Positions 42,102-56,625 of a DNA stretch of 64,000 bases are shown here, piece by piece. The DNA is taken from the NCBI RefSeq assembly GCF_009914755.1, contig NC_060925.1, one strand, 5' to 3'. The translations under genes and the position numbers were made by a program. The notes below the pieces were generated by a model that had not been told where the DNA came from, made no database searches, and was given only the letters and a program-made list of their open reading frames with translations. Within the stretch, counting starts at the first letter, position 1. The number at the start of each line of letters is the position of its first letter. This stretch comes from the human T2T-CHM13v2.0 reference genome, Homo sapiens.

Positions 42102-45100
42102 GAAACCACTAGCTTTCACCAGATCTGAAGTATAGTTCCAACTGGCATATTTCAAAATTAATTAAAATAGCATTGAAACTAAATCTTCTCTGAAGGAAAA
42201 TGCACCATCAATAATTTTAAAATATTTTTATAAATTTTCACTCAAAACAGAATTCAATAAAATATGATGAACATATAAAAAGACAAGGGATGGTATAGAG
42301 GGTGTCAAACAAGAATGATAAATTAATTTCAATCACATGATCAAAAATTTAATAACAAAACAGACAATATGGCAAGGAACTAGAAATTATAAAGAAAAAT
42401 CAAGTGGCTATTTTACAAATAAAAATGCATAATTTGAAATTAAGAACCAATGGATAGCTTTAACAGCAGCATAGACATTTAAGAGATAATTAGGGAACTG
42501 AAATATTGCAGAAGAATACGTTTAAAAGGAATAAAAGGGCAAAAAGATATGAAATACAGAAAATAGCATAAAAGATTTGTGTTATGATGGAAAGGCCTAA
42601 ACCACATTTAAATATAACACAGAATGAGAGGAAAGAAAGGAAATAAATGATATTTGTTAAACAAATATAAAATAATATTAGAAAATTGATGAGGAACGTA
42701 AAAAATTGTAAATTAATTTGCAGCATATCACCATATGTTATGGCAAGACAAATAGCTAAGTAAAAATGACCAGCTGGTCAATGTTCTTCAATGCTATTTT
42801 GCTCATGAACTACCTTAAATAGTTTTGAAAACATAAGCACTACTTTGGACATGAGTAAGCTCCTGTTTAAAATTTTCGTTATACATAAAAGAGGCCCAAA
42901 GCTGGTAAACTGTGGTATTATTAATATGCATATTTTACAATAAAAATATTACTCTGCTTCTATATATGTACAAATGAAATATAATTCCTGTTGATTTGGT
43001 AACTAATACATCTTTTAAAAATAAAATTTGAACAAGATATACAAATATAAAAAAAGTATATATGTATGTATAGTGAGTGTATAGATATATGTTTGTGTGA
43101 ATTATGAGTTTTTAGTAATGACCTTCTTTTTCATACATCTTCTCAAGTGGAAAAAGAATTGTTCCTGAAATAAAATTCTTCAAACACTCACACACACACA
43201 GGCACACACATATCTCTTTCCTCCAAGTCATTATTTCATTCGACTATCCCTAAATATTTTTATTCAAATATAATATATTTGATTAATCAATGTGTTTTCT
43301 TAATCACAGTCATACTTATCTTCTATAAAAGTAAATAGCTTGAAATGTAAATATGTATACATATATTTACTGAAAATTTAAATAATATTAATTATCATAT
43401 AGTATAATGTATGGTATATATGATTTCTTGATACTAAAAATTTTAAAAATATTTCTGACAAATTATAACTATCATATGTAATATGCAGTTCAATAGAAGT
43501 ACACTTATTATAAGTATGAAGAAATATTTTTTTAAAGCAAATATAATCAGCTTTTTGAAAACACATGGCTTGAAGGACTTAATAGGACTTTTTTTGTCTA
43601 GAGTGACCCTTCCTTCAGCATAAATTATTATCTGTCTTCATTTTTAAGTATGTAAGCACTGAGAACATGTGATTCAATAAATTAATAAACAGGAACAAAA
43701 ACAGTTTTTTGAAGCAGCATCATTCAATTTTTATTATAAGCCAAAACACTCATGAACCATCATTAAAAATTACATTTAATCATCCACCTTAAAATAGCCT
43801 AGTCCTGTGTCAAATTCATTTAAATAAAATATTGGGAACTAGCTAATATGGAAAAGTGCTTGTAATTCAGTCCTTTAAATTATTCATTTTCTCAAGGTCT
43901 GCCAATTTTACCAAAAAATTACTACCAAAACTTAATAAATGACTTTTCATTATTCTGGTTATACTTTCACTCAGAGGCACCTTGTTTGATGTGTTATACT
44001 CAGAAGGCATTGAAAAAAATTGAAGTATTATTTCAATATGCATTTGCCAATATTTTCTTATAACTACTTTTTATTATCTACCTTAAATATATTTTCATCA
44101 ATAAATTGAAGTTGTAGCTATGGCTCTTTTAATTTTTGAAAAATGCCTGCTCTGTAATCTTATCAGCAAAACGAGATCTCAAAGTCCATCTTTTATATAT
44201 CTTATTTTTTAAAATACTGATTCATATACCAATGGTTAAATCTTAGAGTTCTGTTCTGAATTAGTTGTCTAATCCAGTTGACTTCAACAATTACTGGTGC
44301 TTTATTTGCTTTGCTTAGATACAATTCCACTTCAGGAACAATTTTTCTTTTTCTAATGAAAGAGGAGAGTTTCAGAAGTTCTTTATTAAAAAACTGTGAT
44401 AATTTCAGGATTCTCTCAATAATATATCTAAATTCAGAAGATTCCAAAATGGGCCAAACGCTCTGATTCTAAAACTTCAACATGTACTTAGAAAGAAAAC
44501 ACAACACACAAGCAACTATCTATATCTATTTATCTATCATCTATACCTATATCCATCCATTTATCAGACCAAATATCTAACTAGCTAACCCCAAAAGACA
44601 TGAAGATCTCTGTTGTTACCTTAGTAAAATATTCTTCAGTGATTCCAGTGTTTTCAATTGCCACATACAGTGACCCAGAAATATCTATACCCTTCAAAGG
44701 AATGCACCATGGTAACATTGATCCAGAATTAACAAATTGTTCCCATTAGTTTATAAGGTAGATGAGGGGTAGTACAAAAGGAGAGGTTTAAAAGTTAGCC
44801 AACATTATACTTGGATTGTAAATACCAATTAAATTTAAGAAAGAGTGCATGAAATATTGAGGGTCTTGAAATTGACTTCCTAATAGTATTTTCAGAAAGG
44901 ACTTTGTACCGATAGGTGTATAAATAAAGTTGTAATAGACAATTAAAAATACAGACATGGAAAACAGAAAAAAAGTGAAAGAGATGGAGGTTTCTGAGTT
45001 ACGCACATTAGTTGAAGAGAATAGAAATAATTATACAAAAGAGAAATGTTGCTTCATTTATTCCTTGTGTTAATTATTTTTCCAGAGAGATAGGGGACTG

Positions 45101-45513
45101 AAGGATTTTAAAAATAATTTAATATTTTGAAAACTGAACATAGTAATTCAGACACAAATCAATAAATCTTGTTAGTAAATAATTTTTATAATAAACTGAT
45201 TGAAGTAGTCATACAAATTGGTATAAACGTGCTGTCATTTTTATTGCAATTCATATTCTGAGGGAAGGTTAATCCATACATTAAAAAGGAGTAAGCAGTA
45301 GAGAATTGCAAGAAACATTGGTGGACAACATTTTTATTTCAATTAGAGAAAATGTTTTAATAAATGTAAATCTATAATTGATATTGATAAATTGGATAAC
45401 ATTTAAATTGTTAAAGTATTTAAGAACTTTGTACTTTTAATACAACTCAAAATAAAAGGCATTCATTCACTATTTAGGATAAATTTAAACAATTCAATGT
45501 TATTACATTTTTC

Positions 45514-45888
45514 TTTTAATTAATTAATTTTTTTTTAATTTTTTAGAGACAGGGTCTCACTGTCACCCAGGCTGGAGTAACATGATGTGCAGTGTCGCAT
45601 GGACAGTGATGTGCGGTGTGGACAGCGATGTCCAGGCTGGAGTGACAGTGGAGTGCGGTGGTGTGGTCATAGCTCACTGCAACCTTGAACTCTTAGGTGC
45701 AGCAATCCTCCTGCCTCAGCCTCCTGAGTAGCTGGGACTGCAGGCCTGCAACACCAGCGCCCAGATAATATTGTTTTTTAGGTCTCACTATGTTGCCCAG
45801 GCTGGTCTTGAACTCCTGGCTTCAACTGATCTTCCTGCCTCAGCCTCCCAAAGGGTTAGGATTGCAGGCATAAGCCACCACGTGGGGA
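45514..45888 (-). mobile_element. AluJ with a ~76-nt non-Alu patchwork insertion
   Basis: Antisense AluJ; flanking tacatttttc repeats; insertion at 45579-45654. Confidence 0.88.
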
Positions 45889-46780
45889 CACTGATACATT
45901 TTTCAAGATTGCAAAGTTAAGGGAAAAAATGGTAGCATTTCTGAAACTTTTAAGCATTTTTATGTAAAACTGAATAATGTAAATATTCAGCTCTAAGTTA
46001 TGCAATTCAAAAAGGCATACTAGAGAATAACAACTCAAAATTACCTCTTTGATCAGTCAACTTAATTTTGACAGAAAGTGTCATCACAAAGACTTCTCTG
46101 AACTTGTTCAACTAGTAGTGTTTAAACGTGTGTATTCATAACCTGTTCCTGCCTATAAGAATGAGCATGTATGCATAATTATTGTATTTTTAAAAGTTCT
46201 TGTGAATAAAATACTCTTTATTGAATATCTAAACTATGTAGTAATAGAAAATAGCAAATTATTTTTATAAAATCTATCTTTAAAATGGAAATCATATGAA
46301 TATAAATATTTTGTTAATATATCCTTAAGTACATTTCTATTTACCAGGAGAAAAATACAGTCTTGACTGCCACATTAGGTTATATATAAAATGTCAACAG
46401 TTCATTTTATACCATGCATAAATATGGTTACAACTTTCACAAGAATCTTTAAGTAAAAAGTCAAAGCTCAGGCAAGCATATGAAGAAACTGCTACATAAT
46501 GACACAATGATTACTATACGTAAGAAAAATATTATTAGGACAGATTTTCAATTGCTATAGCTTAGTTAATTTGAGAAGAAAAGAAAATTTTTGATATTTT
46601 ATTCATATGGTCTAGAATTTCATATTTTCTTGTATCAGTTAAATTATGAAATTAGCCTTTAATGAGAGTTTTTAATAGCCTGTATGTATATGCAGTTTAC
46701 TTTAAAAAATGGAAAAGAAATCACGACTGGATAATTGCTATTCAGGCTTGTAGAGAATTAATGAAATTTTACCAACATAC

Positions 46781-46886
46781 CTTGCAACTGAATCTTATTC
46801 TCAGGACTCTGAACCAGAACAGAACTGACAGAATCTAGGTTGTCATAGTTACTGCAGCCAAGAGGACCAGTCCGTGTTTCTGTTAC
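46781..46886 (-). CDS. BRINP3: BRINP3 internal coding exon, 106 nt, phase 0 to 1 (exon 5 by my recollection): [35 protein letters not shown](G)
   Basis: Minus strand: ttttgtttgccag|GTAACAGAAACACGG...CAGTTGCAAG|gtatgt. Open frame, joins the next exon as G|GG (Gly). Too short for the ORF track. Confidence 0.95.
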
Positions 46887-47839
46887 CTGGCAAACAAAAC
46901 ATCAACTTTATTATCTAAATCAGACTTTACAATGTCCTTTTGGTTCACTGTAGTTGTCACACACTAATATTATACGTTTGACAGTAAATATCACTGAAAG
47001 GTCCAGGATCTCATACACACCAGCAATACACCCACCTAAACATAGCGGAAAGCAGTAAGTCCCTTTGTCTTTAATTCATTTTCTTTCCTTTGGTTGGGCA
47101 TAAATATCCCAGGAAAATAATGCATGCCATCTTTGTTCAAAAGCATAACTCATAAAGTCACTGATTTCACCCAAGATATAAAAAAGGCCCACTCCTTATG
47201 GAAGACAGCGAGTTCTGACTTATATGAGAATTGTTTGTGTTTGTTTTTACTCAATAAATCAGAGCCATCTGCCAGGCTACTCTCTCAAAACTGATTTTAT
47301 TATTTTCTTTTACTTAAAAATCTATATTTTTCCCATTTTTATGTTGGCATGAAATTCTAAACTCTCTGTTTGCCTTCCATCTGGTCCAGTTCTTTCCAAT
47401 ACGCCAGTATCTCCCTGTTCAGTTTGACATTCATTCTGTGCCTTTGCTTATACAACATCCTCCACTCCCACCTCACTTGGATTAGAAACTTCTCCTTTCT
47501 CAACTTTGACTAATCAGTTTTATCTATCCTCAAAATTAAGCTCATGTTCAAACATTTACACAAAGTATTCCTTGATGATTTCTACCTGTGTTATTTTACC
47601 ATTTCCATCCAATTTTGGTCTGCAGCACACAGGTTTAGTACTTAAATATGTAATCTCATATGTGGACTGATTTTTTCATGGATGTCTTGGGATGGATAGT
47701 ATTAGGAGATGAGGAGACTAAATTTAATGAATTTTATGAGGCTGAAAATGTATCCTGAAGATTTAATCCTGAAGATTTAAAACTATTTAAAGCAGAGCAG
47801 TATTGTCAGAATCTTCAATAAGATATTCTTTATTAATAA

Positions 47840-48390
47840 CCAGACTGGTCTTTGCAAAACACAATTTAGATAACTTCATTCCAATGTTTACAATCATTTA
47901 ATGGTTTCCCATTCTTACTTAGGGTGTGACTTAGAGCCTGTTATAGGACAAGGAAGACACCATATTACCCAGCTCCGTGTTACCTCCCTAAATCCGTCTC
48001 TTCTCTTATTTATTCTGTCTTGCTGTATCTCAAACATACTTGACATTCTGATGCCTTGGGGTATTTGACTTGTTGTTCTAGTACCTGGAACGTTCTTCCT
48101 CAAACTATTTTCTAGCGAATCCTTCACTTCCTTCAAATTTTTGCTCAAATTTCATTCTCTTGGGACTACTTGGACTAACCTACTTAAAGTGAATACCCCA
48201 AACTCTTCCAACATTTTTTTCTTTCTTACATTGTTCTACCTTTTTCACAGTAGATATCAGCTTATAAAATGCTGTACAATTTACTCATTTGTTATGATTA
48301 CTGTTGACACCTCTCACTAGAATGAGAGCTCCACATTCTAAAAATGCGGGAGTTTTTGTCTATTTTGTTCACTCACATATCCACAGAACA
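47840..48390 (+). mobile_element. L2 3' region
   Basis: aatggtttcccatt...cctggaacgttcttcc...ccttcacttccttcaa...cactagaatgagagctcc...ttttgttcact. Confidence 0.75.
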
Positions 48391-48479
48391 TATTAAGTTC
48401 TTGCATCAGCTGAGGGGTATTGATTAAGAGAAAGAGGAGGAGGAAACATAAGGAGAAACTTCGTAGTATGGAGCAGGAA

Positions 48480-48860
48480 AGACATTAAGGCCATCATGGA
48501 GATGATGAAAGCCTAAAGTAAATAGGTACAATAAACTTTATCTGAAGAAGTTCAATTGTAAAAAACAAGACATAACAAGGTTATGAAATGACAACATTAT
48601 GAAACACTGCAAGTGTTTATTGATAGAGAGAAAGGCCACTGAGGTTTCCAGTATTAGTGATAACATTCAAAATATGAAGTTAAGAAGCTCACTGTGGAGG
48701 ATATTTAAAGGAGCTCAGTTTTGAACATGTTGACTCTCTTTGATGAAAATATTTAGTAGGAGTGGCAACACAGGTTTATGTCTTAGAAGTTATGTCAATG
48801 ACAGGACTACTAATTTGGAAGTCATCAACTTAGAGGCGACAATCAATGATGGATACAGAC
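48480..48860 (-). mobile_element. L2 fragment
   Basis: gagctcagttttgaacatgttga...aatttggaagtcatcaac. Confidence 0.55.
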
Positions 48861-50799
48861 ACATTAACTCAAATGCATTGAGTGTGTGTTTAATTTGTGT
48901 CATGACAACTCTATTATATTTTCTAAATGATAACTCCTTGATGGTAACCAAGATTGACTATGTGTAAATAGCCAGAGTTGACAGTGTGGTTTATCATGGG
49001 CAAAGAATTACTTTTTCCTTAACACCCCAACAACTTTTAATTATTCTCCACCTACTATTCCCCACTACTGATACTGAATAGACCTTACTTTGTTTAGAGA
49101 AATAATGTATAGTGTTGATATGATATGTGTATGTATAATTAATATTTAAATATAAATTAGTGACAGCCTAAGGGCAAAGGGAATAATAAAAGCATCAAAG
49201 AGAATACTTAGGGTTTAAGATAATTTAAATTTTCATATTATTCTATCATGTGGTTTCACTATTGCCAACCAACACATATCACATGAATATAAACACACAC
49301 ACGCCTGCCTTTTTTAGAAAGTTTTCTAAGTAAAATTGGCATTAAGCTCATACTCATTGACATAGTGATCTTGGAAAAGGGAAGGTAAACTCCTCTAACA
49401 CTTCATCCTTAAAAGAAGGTAAATAATATTACCCCATTACAAAGAGTCTCTTATATTCACCTACTCTGTTGTTGTCAATTCATGTAAGAAAATTAAATAA
49501 TAGACATACGTTTTGAGAATATTTGAATATCTCTGTCCTTATATATTGCTTTACTTTCTCATCATTCGCAATATACAATGATATAAATTTAGCATATCAT
49601 ATTTATAATTTTATTTTGTTCTCTATTCTTCACAACTGAATTCACTGATCACTGTCTGGTTTAATATAAAATTTTACAAACTCTCACACATTATATGAAA
49701 TAAATCTATCTTTCAATTGTATTCCATTTAAGGCCTCCATATTCCTTACTAATGTCAGCATTAGTAAATGTGCTCATACTTATTTAATTCTTTAAAATAA
49801 TAATAAAATAAATAAAAATGTAAAGAAAATAAAAATAAATTTACTACAGAGATGCTAACTGTGCCAAAACACAGAATAGCAGTTTACTTGTTTGTTCCAA
49901 CCTATCATTTTTAATAATAAAAGTAACAAATTCCCATGATGGAAATTTAAGCAATGAAATAAAATACTTTGCCAGAGGAGCAATTGCCATTTTTTCTACT
50001 TTTATATGTTTCCCCTATCCTTTTGCCAGACATGAAAATGGTTGAGACTAGGAGTAATTGCACTTCAAGACTATTCTTTATTCGCAGCACACAAATATCA
50101 TGGCCTTTACCTTTTCACACTGTATTTCTCATTAATTATTTTATTTGTTTCCTAGTTACATTAGGTTATATCAAAGTAACTTCTGAGTAATTTTATCAGC
50201 CATCAATTATGAACATAAAACACTGGAATACTGATAAGTACAATTAGCTCTTTTACAATAGAGTTATGCCCAAACAGGCATAATCTAAGACTTTCCATCT
50301 GAAATCAATTTTCTCTTCTAGAGACCTACATCTCATCTGGACAACTACAAAATGAATGTTAATATTTAAGAGGGGATTTTGCCCATCCTATATTGTAACA
50401 AGAAAACCACATCTGAAATATCAGGAGTTGAGGTGGGGGAGTAGTGAAATTTGTTACTGATACCTGCATCTTGACAAACTGCTATACCAGTTATTCAATT
50501 TTATACATTTTGCCCCTGTTTACCTTAGATATACTCTATTATACTGTCCACTTCAATTGTCTCCTTTTCCAGAAATAAGTGTTTCTATTTTTTAATCATT
50601 CAAAAAACTTTGGGTTGAGAAGGTAGAAACTATACTAGAGAACAATAACTATATTTGGCTCGTATTCAATTTCTGATATCTTAACATTTAATATAAGAAT
50701 TGATACTTATTATTAAAATAGAAATAAAGATTTAATCTTACATAATTAGTATTAAAAATTTATTCACTACATACTCTGTTTTTTAAAAATATTGATTAA

Positions 50800-52040
50800 C
50801 ATAGTTGCAATTCATATATACAGCAAATGGCTCATATCTAGAATATATAAATAAATTCTACAAACTAACAATAATATGGCAAGAGCAACACTGAAAACTC
50901 ACTTGACAAAAAAGATATATAAACATCCAGTAATTTTGAAATAGTTTTCAACTTTATTATCAAAGAGCTGGAAATTAAAACATAGTGAGAAACTACTATC
51001 CATTCACCAGAAAGTCTTATAAGCATACAAAGCCAGACGATGCCAAGTGGTGACAATACAGTGGAGAAACTGGAATTCTCATATGCTGCTGCTGGGAGTT
51101 TAACTCGTACAATCACTTTAGAAAATTCTTTGAAAGTATCTACATAAGTAGACACAGGCACATTATATGAGCTAGATACACAGCCAACAAAAATGTGAAC
51201 ATGTGTGTACAAAAGGCACTTGCAATGAGGTTGGTATCAACTATTCTTAGTAACCCCAAACAGAAGGATATTACATTAGTGTGTTAGTCCATTTTCATAC
51301 TGGTATAAAGATGCTACCAGAGACTAGGTAATTTATAAAGGAAATAGGTTTAATCGACTTGCAGTTCCACATGGCTGGGGAGACCTCAGACATTTAAAAT
51401 CATGGCCGAAGGCAGAAGGTGAAGGGAAGCAAGACATGTCTTACATGGTGGCAGGTGAAAGAGAGCGAGGAAGTGCCACATTTTAAAACCATCAACTCTC
51501 CTGAGAACTTACTATCACGAGAACAGTTTGGGGGAAACCACACCCATGATCCAATCACCTCCTACCAGATCCCTCCCTCATCATGTGGGGATTACATTTT
51601 GAGATGAGATTTGGGTGAAGACACAGAGCCAAACCATATCAAGTGGCAATCAGTAATACAATGTGGAAGTACATAGAAGATATGAATACTGTACTACAGT
51701 AAGAATAAATTTTTATGTATTCTGTCCACAGAATACTGAACATGAACAAATCTCACAAATACAATGTTGAAGGAACAATATATAAATGTTTCAATATTCT
51801 AACACTAGAAGTTTATTTTGCCTAATCTTGAACTTCCATTAATATAAAGCTCAAAATTAGGTAAAATAAACTTCTAGTGTTAGAATACAGGATGGTGGTT
51901 ACCCTTTCGATATAGAAATGAGGTAAGAGGGCATTAGGATAAATACTTATGTTCTAGAAATATCCTATTTTTTAATCTAGGACATGGTTGCTGAAATGTT
52001 TTCAAATTTGAACACTTTATGTACTTCGCTGTATAAATGT
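50800..52040 (+). mobile_element. L1ME-type 3' region, interrupted by an MST LTR
   Basis: gtggagaaactggaattctcatatgctgctgctgggagt...; aaatctcacaaatacaatgttga. Confidence 0.75.
51280..51641 (-). mobile_element. MSTA-like MaLR solo LTR
   Basis: tgtgttagtccattttc...acacagagccaaaccatatca. Confidence 0.88.
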
Positions 52041-52995
52041 TATATGTTACTAATATTTGCTAACAATAATTGGTTAATATTAATTTTCCTTGTGAATTAT
52101 ATCAAGGAAGGTACCACATCATCTATATCTATATTTACATATGTATGGATATCTAGACATCTATCTACTTACCTGTTTTTATCAATCATCCATGCATATG
52201 TAATAAAATGCAAATTTGGATTTTCATACATATATCCTTTCAAATGCATAAATATTCTAATATAGTTTCGCAAAAAGAAAATGCTGAAATCTGACACTGA
52301 AAGATTATGAAAAACAAACTACTTTTTTCAATTACTAATATGAGTTTATTTTAAAATCCAATACAATCTATTTTAAATCATCTTAGAATACGTCATTTTT
52401 TTTTTATTTCAAGGCTACAATTACTACTGTTCTATAATTGAAGATATATAGATGATAAATTATCTTCTATTTATTAGATAGATAATAGACTAGGAACTAA
52501 CTTGACTAGGAACTAACAGGTTAATATCCATATTTCATTTTTAAGTATGCACTATTCCAAACCATATATTTACCTAGAATGAAAAAAATAGTTTTTTCTT
52601 GTAAGTTCACATCTAAATAGCAATAAAAAGGATGAATAAATAAGCAAGTTATTTTAAATATGCAATTCTTATTATTATAATTACTATGCAGGTTTCCTTT
52701 GCCTATAGAAATGCTTTTTAGAGTATTTTCAAATAAATCATTATATTTAATGAGATAAAAGTTTGTTAAATTTATATAGTTTATATTCAAAACACAAATC
52801 CTAGTGAATATAGGGGTATCAGAAAAAGACCCCATAGGTCTACTTGCAAAAAAATTTTAAAGCAAAATTTCTTTTAAAACAGTTTGTTTCAAACAGTTGT
52901 TTAAACAAAAGCAAAAGCACTGTTTCCCCAGAGTTAAAAATTATCTGAGGAGTAGATAGATATATGAAGAATTAGGGTATTAAAACTCTCAAGTG

Positions 52996-53326
<331 letters not shown>

Positions 53327-53649
53327 TCAGAAATATAAAAATATCTTTAATTTATTTTATTTTACCTCAAAGTTTCCATTATGTTTTATTATGCCCATCA
53401 TAAAATTGCAGGGCAATAATTTATTTCTATTATCTCCTTTAATTAACTATAAACTCTCTATGCATAATTATACACAGTACTGGGCACATGGTAGAAATTA
53501 AAAATGTTTGGATTAAATTGGTGGATAAATATTTTAATTTTAGTTAGAAATATTTATTACAAAAGAAAATTTATTGAATTTTTTGGGAACCTCTTGAAGA
53601 AAATGTAGAAGAGACAATATATCTAAATTTTTTAAGCTATCAGAAGTTT

Positions 53650-53815
53650 GAAATCATCTAGTTTCACCATCTCATTATATAAAAGAGATGCTGTATCTGG
53701 ATGAAGTAGTTATCAAGCTACTTCAGGATCATTTGTATGAAATGAGAGCTAGAACTGGGACTTAGACCTCCTAACTCATAAATCAAATACCCATTCTAAA
53801 CAACACACTGGCTTT
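53650..53815 (-). mobile_element. MIR fragment
   Basis: atcatctagtt...agagctagaactgggacttagacctcctaactc. Confidence 0.55.
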
Positions 53816-56371
53816 CCAAGCTTTATAGTTAACAAGTTTTGGAAACTTTGCTTGGCTTAATCAATGTAATTAATTCTCTCTCTCTCTCTCTCTCTGGCAA
53901 TAAAGTTACAATAAAACACAATTTAATTGGTCTAGATTGATGTAGAAGTCAATTACAATGGTGTAGTATATTGGGTCATTCATGAACAAAAAATATTGCT
54001 ATGAATGTACTGGTTAATATGACTTTGATTGAAGGCCAAATGAATTAACTTTTATTCTAAGTATGAATTTATTAATGCTTTGAAATATAACATCCTGCAT
54101 ATTCTTATATTACTTCCCACTAGGATTGTGAAGAGTAAAATACAAGTGTTGATTAGTTTCTATTATTTCCTAAAACAGTACAATCTTTTCTGTTACCACA
54201 CATATAAGATCTTTTAAAATTACATATTGCTAAATCTATTAAACTAACAAAATGCTTTATAAAATTTTGATGTTAAAAAATAAGAAAATATATATTTTCC
54301 CTTCATTTCTCAACTGAAGATAGTGCCTTATAATATTTTTTCAAATGTTAATATTGAGTTTAAAGGTAATTTTACCATTTAATATTTTTCCTCTGATAGT
54401 CATTAAGTCTTATTTCAACATTCTATTAAGTACTTAATATCAGACTGCAATTCAATGTAGTTCCACTTTTTTACCCAGTTGAAATATTTCTGAGCTTATT
54501 TTTAGTAAAAAATGAATTTTCAAACATATTATTAATTATAAGATGCATTAAAAACAAAATGTTCGTCTCAGAATAAACATTTCAGTAGCAAAATGTTTCT
54601 TAATTTTCAAAATTGTTTTAGTATTTACAGTGTATTTTGTGGGAAAAGTGAAAATTCACATAAAAATGCTACATGTCCTCAAATAAAAAATATATCAATG
54701 CAAAATTTTCTTGCATCTCAACACAAAAGTAAGCATTATACTTAGTGTGTTATACATAATTAATATAGTGACTTAAAATATATTTAACATTGTCAATATT
54801 TTCTTGGGCCTTCTCCAAACATATAGATACAGTTTAAAATAGTGTATGATATATTATTCATCCAGGATGACTCACATCTTCACATAAAAAGCACAAACAC
54901 GGATAAACACATTCAGTGCAAGGGAACTTATACCACTGTTGAATTATGCATCTATGCAAATTACTTGAAGCTGACAACTATATTCTCTAATTTTATTCCT
55001 CATAATTTTAATAAACCAATTTTTTAAAAATATTAGAAGTTTATAGAACTGCATTTTTAAAAGGTAGTGTTTGGTTTTTTTATTTGCCTTTTACAGGAGA
55101 AATAGTGATACTCGAAACATAAGGATCGAAAGTATGATTGCAAACAATATCATGTATATCCATAAAGTATATGCAGAATAACTGTGAATTATAAAATTTA
55201 ACCATAGGAAAAAAATGTAGAGCAAAATATATTTATTTGAAGTAAACTGAAGGTTACGTGAGAATAATACAAAAAACAAAGCACTCTATTTAGGAACAAA
55301 ATTGAGTATGTCTTCTTGAAGAGTAATTGCTTCAGTGCAGTTTTCACTTGTGTTTGTTACCATGAGGCCAGGCACGACTACAATGATTGGTCTACTTCTT
55401 CATAGCCTATAAATTATCCTCTATCAAAATAATACACAAGCACACCACCCTCAACTATCCCCATGTAAACCTAGTGAGAGAGACTATGCTAATTCTTTGA
55501 GTACACATTAAAATATAAAACTACACAGTGACTAGACAACAGAAGTTTTCTAAGGTTCTTAAATTATTGATTTAGTGTGATATGGAATAAGCAAAACTGG
55601 ACACAATTTAGTTAGGACAAAGTTGCCAAATAACATCAGGACCCCTTTGTGCTTAAACCATGGTTGCCATGGAAATTAAATGTGTGGCACTTGATTGGTC
55701 TTGGAGATGCCAAGTCTGTAAACTCACTCCCACAGATGTTATTTTGACTTTTTTTTTAGATAACACAGAGCTTAAAATCACAGCAACTATAAAAAATACA
55801 TGTAGCCATAAAAAAGCTTTCATTACTTTCCTAATTGCATGAATATACATTTAGAAAACTGACATTTTTATAAAAACTACATTTGTGGCAGCTATAACTG
55901 ATGGTGTTACAAGAATGGTAAACTTGAACTTCATTACAGGAAATCTAAAGGGATATGTTGTTACTCTAGCTGGGCTAATGAGTTTTCTGAGGTTTTCAAT
56001 ATTAATAATAATAAAAGTAAAGCTTTATTGCCACAGGGAGTTACAAACAATAGGTACAGTTTGCAACCTGGTTCAGGGCTGTGGCATTTCCCTTGCACTC
56101 TGGTGAGAGTTACTAGGCAGCGACCTCAGTTCTTACAGCCACTGTCTGGCCTGAATGCCACTTTTCCTGGGCCAGAGAAATGATATTTCAAGGAACTCAG
56201 GAGCCAGGGTAATTTTCTGTTTCTTTACATTCAAAAAGTGTAATCTAAAGCAGTGTTGATTATATTCATTTTACAAATGAAAGCTATCTGAAGAAGTAAA
56301 ACATTAAAGACTGATTTTACTTTTTAATCTTTATTGTTTTTCTATGCATTTCAATCTCATTGCCTTTAATT

Positions 56372-56625
56372 GTCACTGTCTCTCATCACCCCCAGATGGG
56401 ACTGTCTAGTGGCAGGAAAACAAGCTCAGGGATCCCACTAACTCCACATTACAGTGAATTGTATAATTATTTCATTACATATTACAATGTAATATTAATA
56501 GAAATAAAGTGCACCTTAATGTAACGAACTTGAATCATCCTGAAACCATTCCCTCCACTAAGTTCGTGGAAACAATTTTCTTCCATGAAACCAGTTCCTG
56601 GTGCCAAAATGGATGGGGACTGTTT
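56372..56625 (+). mobile_element. MER1A (hAT-Charlie) 3' part
   Basis: catcacccccagatgggac...ttgaatcatcctgaaaccat...ttccatgaaaccagttcctggtgccaaaa. Confidence 0.85.

Larger units (their letters stand above)
41400..42760 (+). mobile_element. Ancient L1M 5'/ORF1 fragment, interrupted by a THE1 LTR and (CA)n
   Basis: gaaattaagaaccaatggatagctttaacagcag...agagataattagggaactgaa ORF1-like text. Confidence 0.6.

Noticed and set aside
47752-47780. Short 14-21 bp tandem duplications (also ~18124, ~20343, ~52488)
   Set aside because: Ordinary slippage products with no shared motif or spacing.
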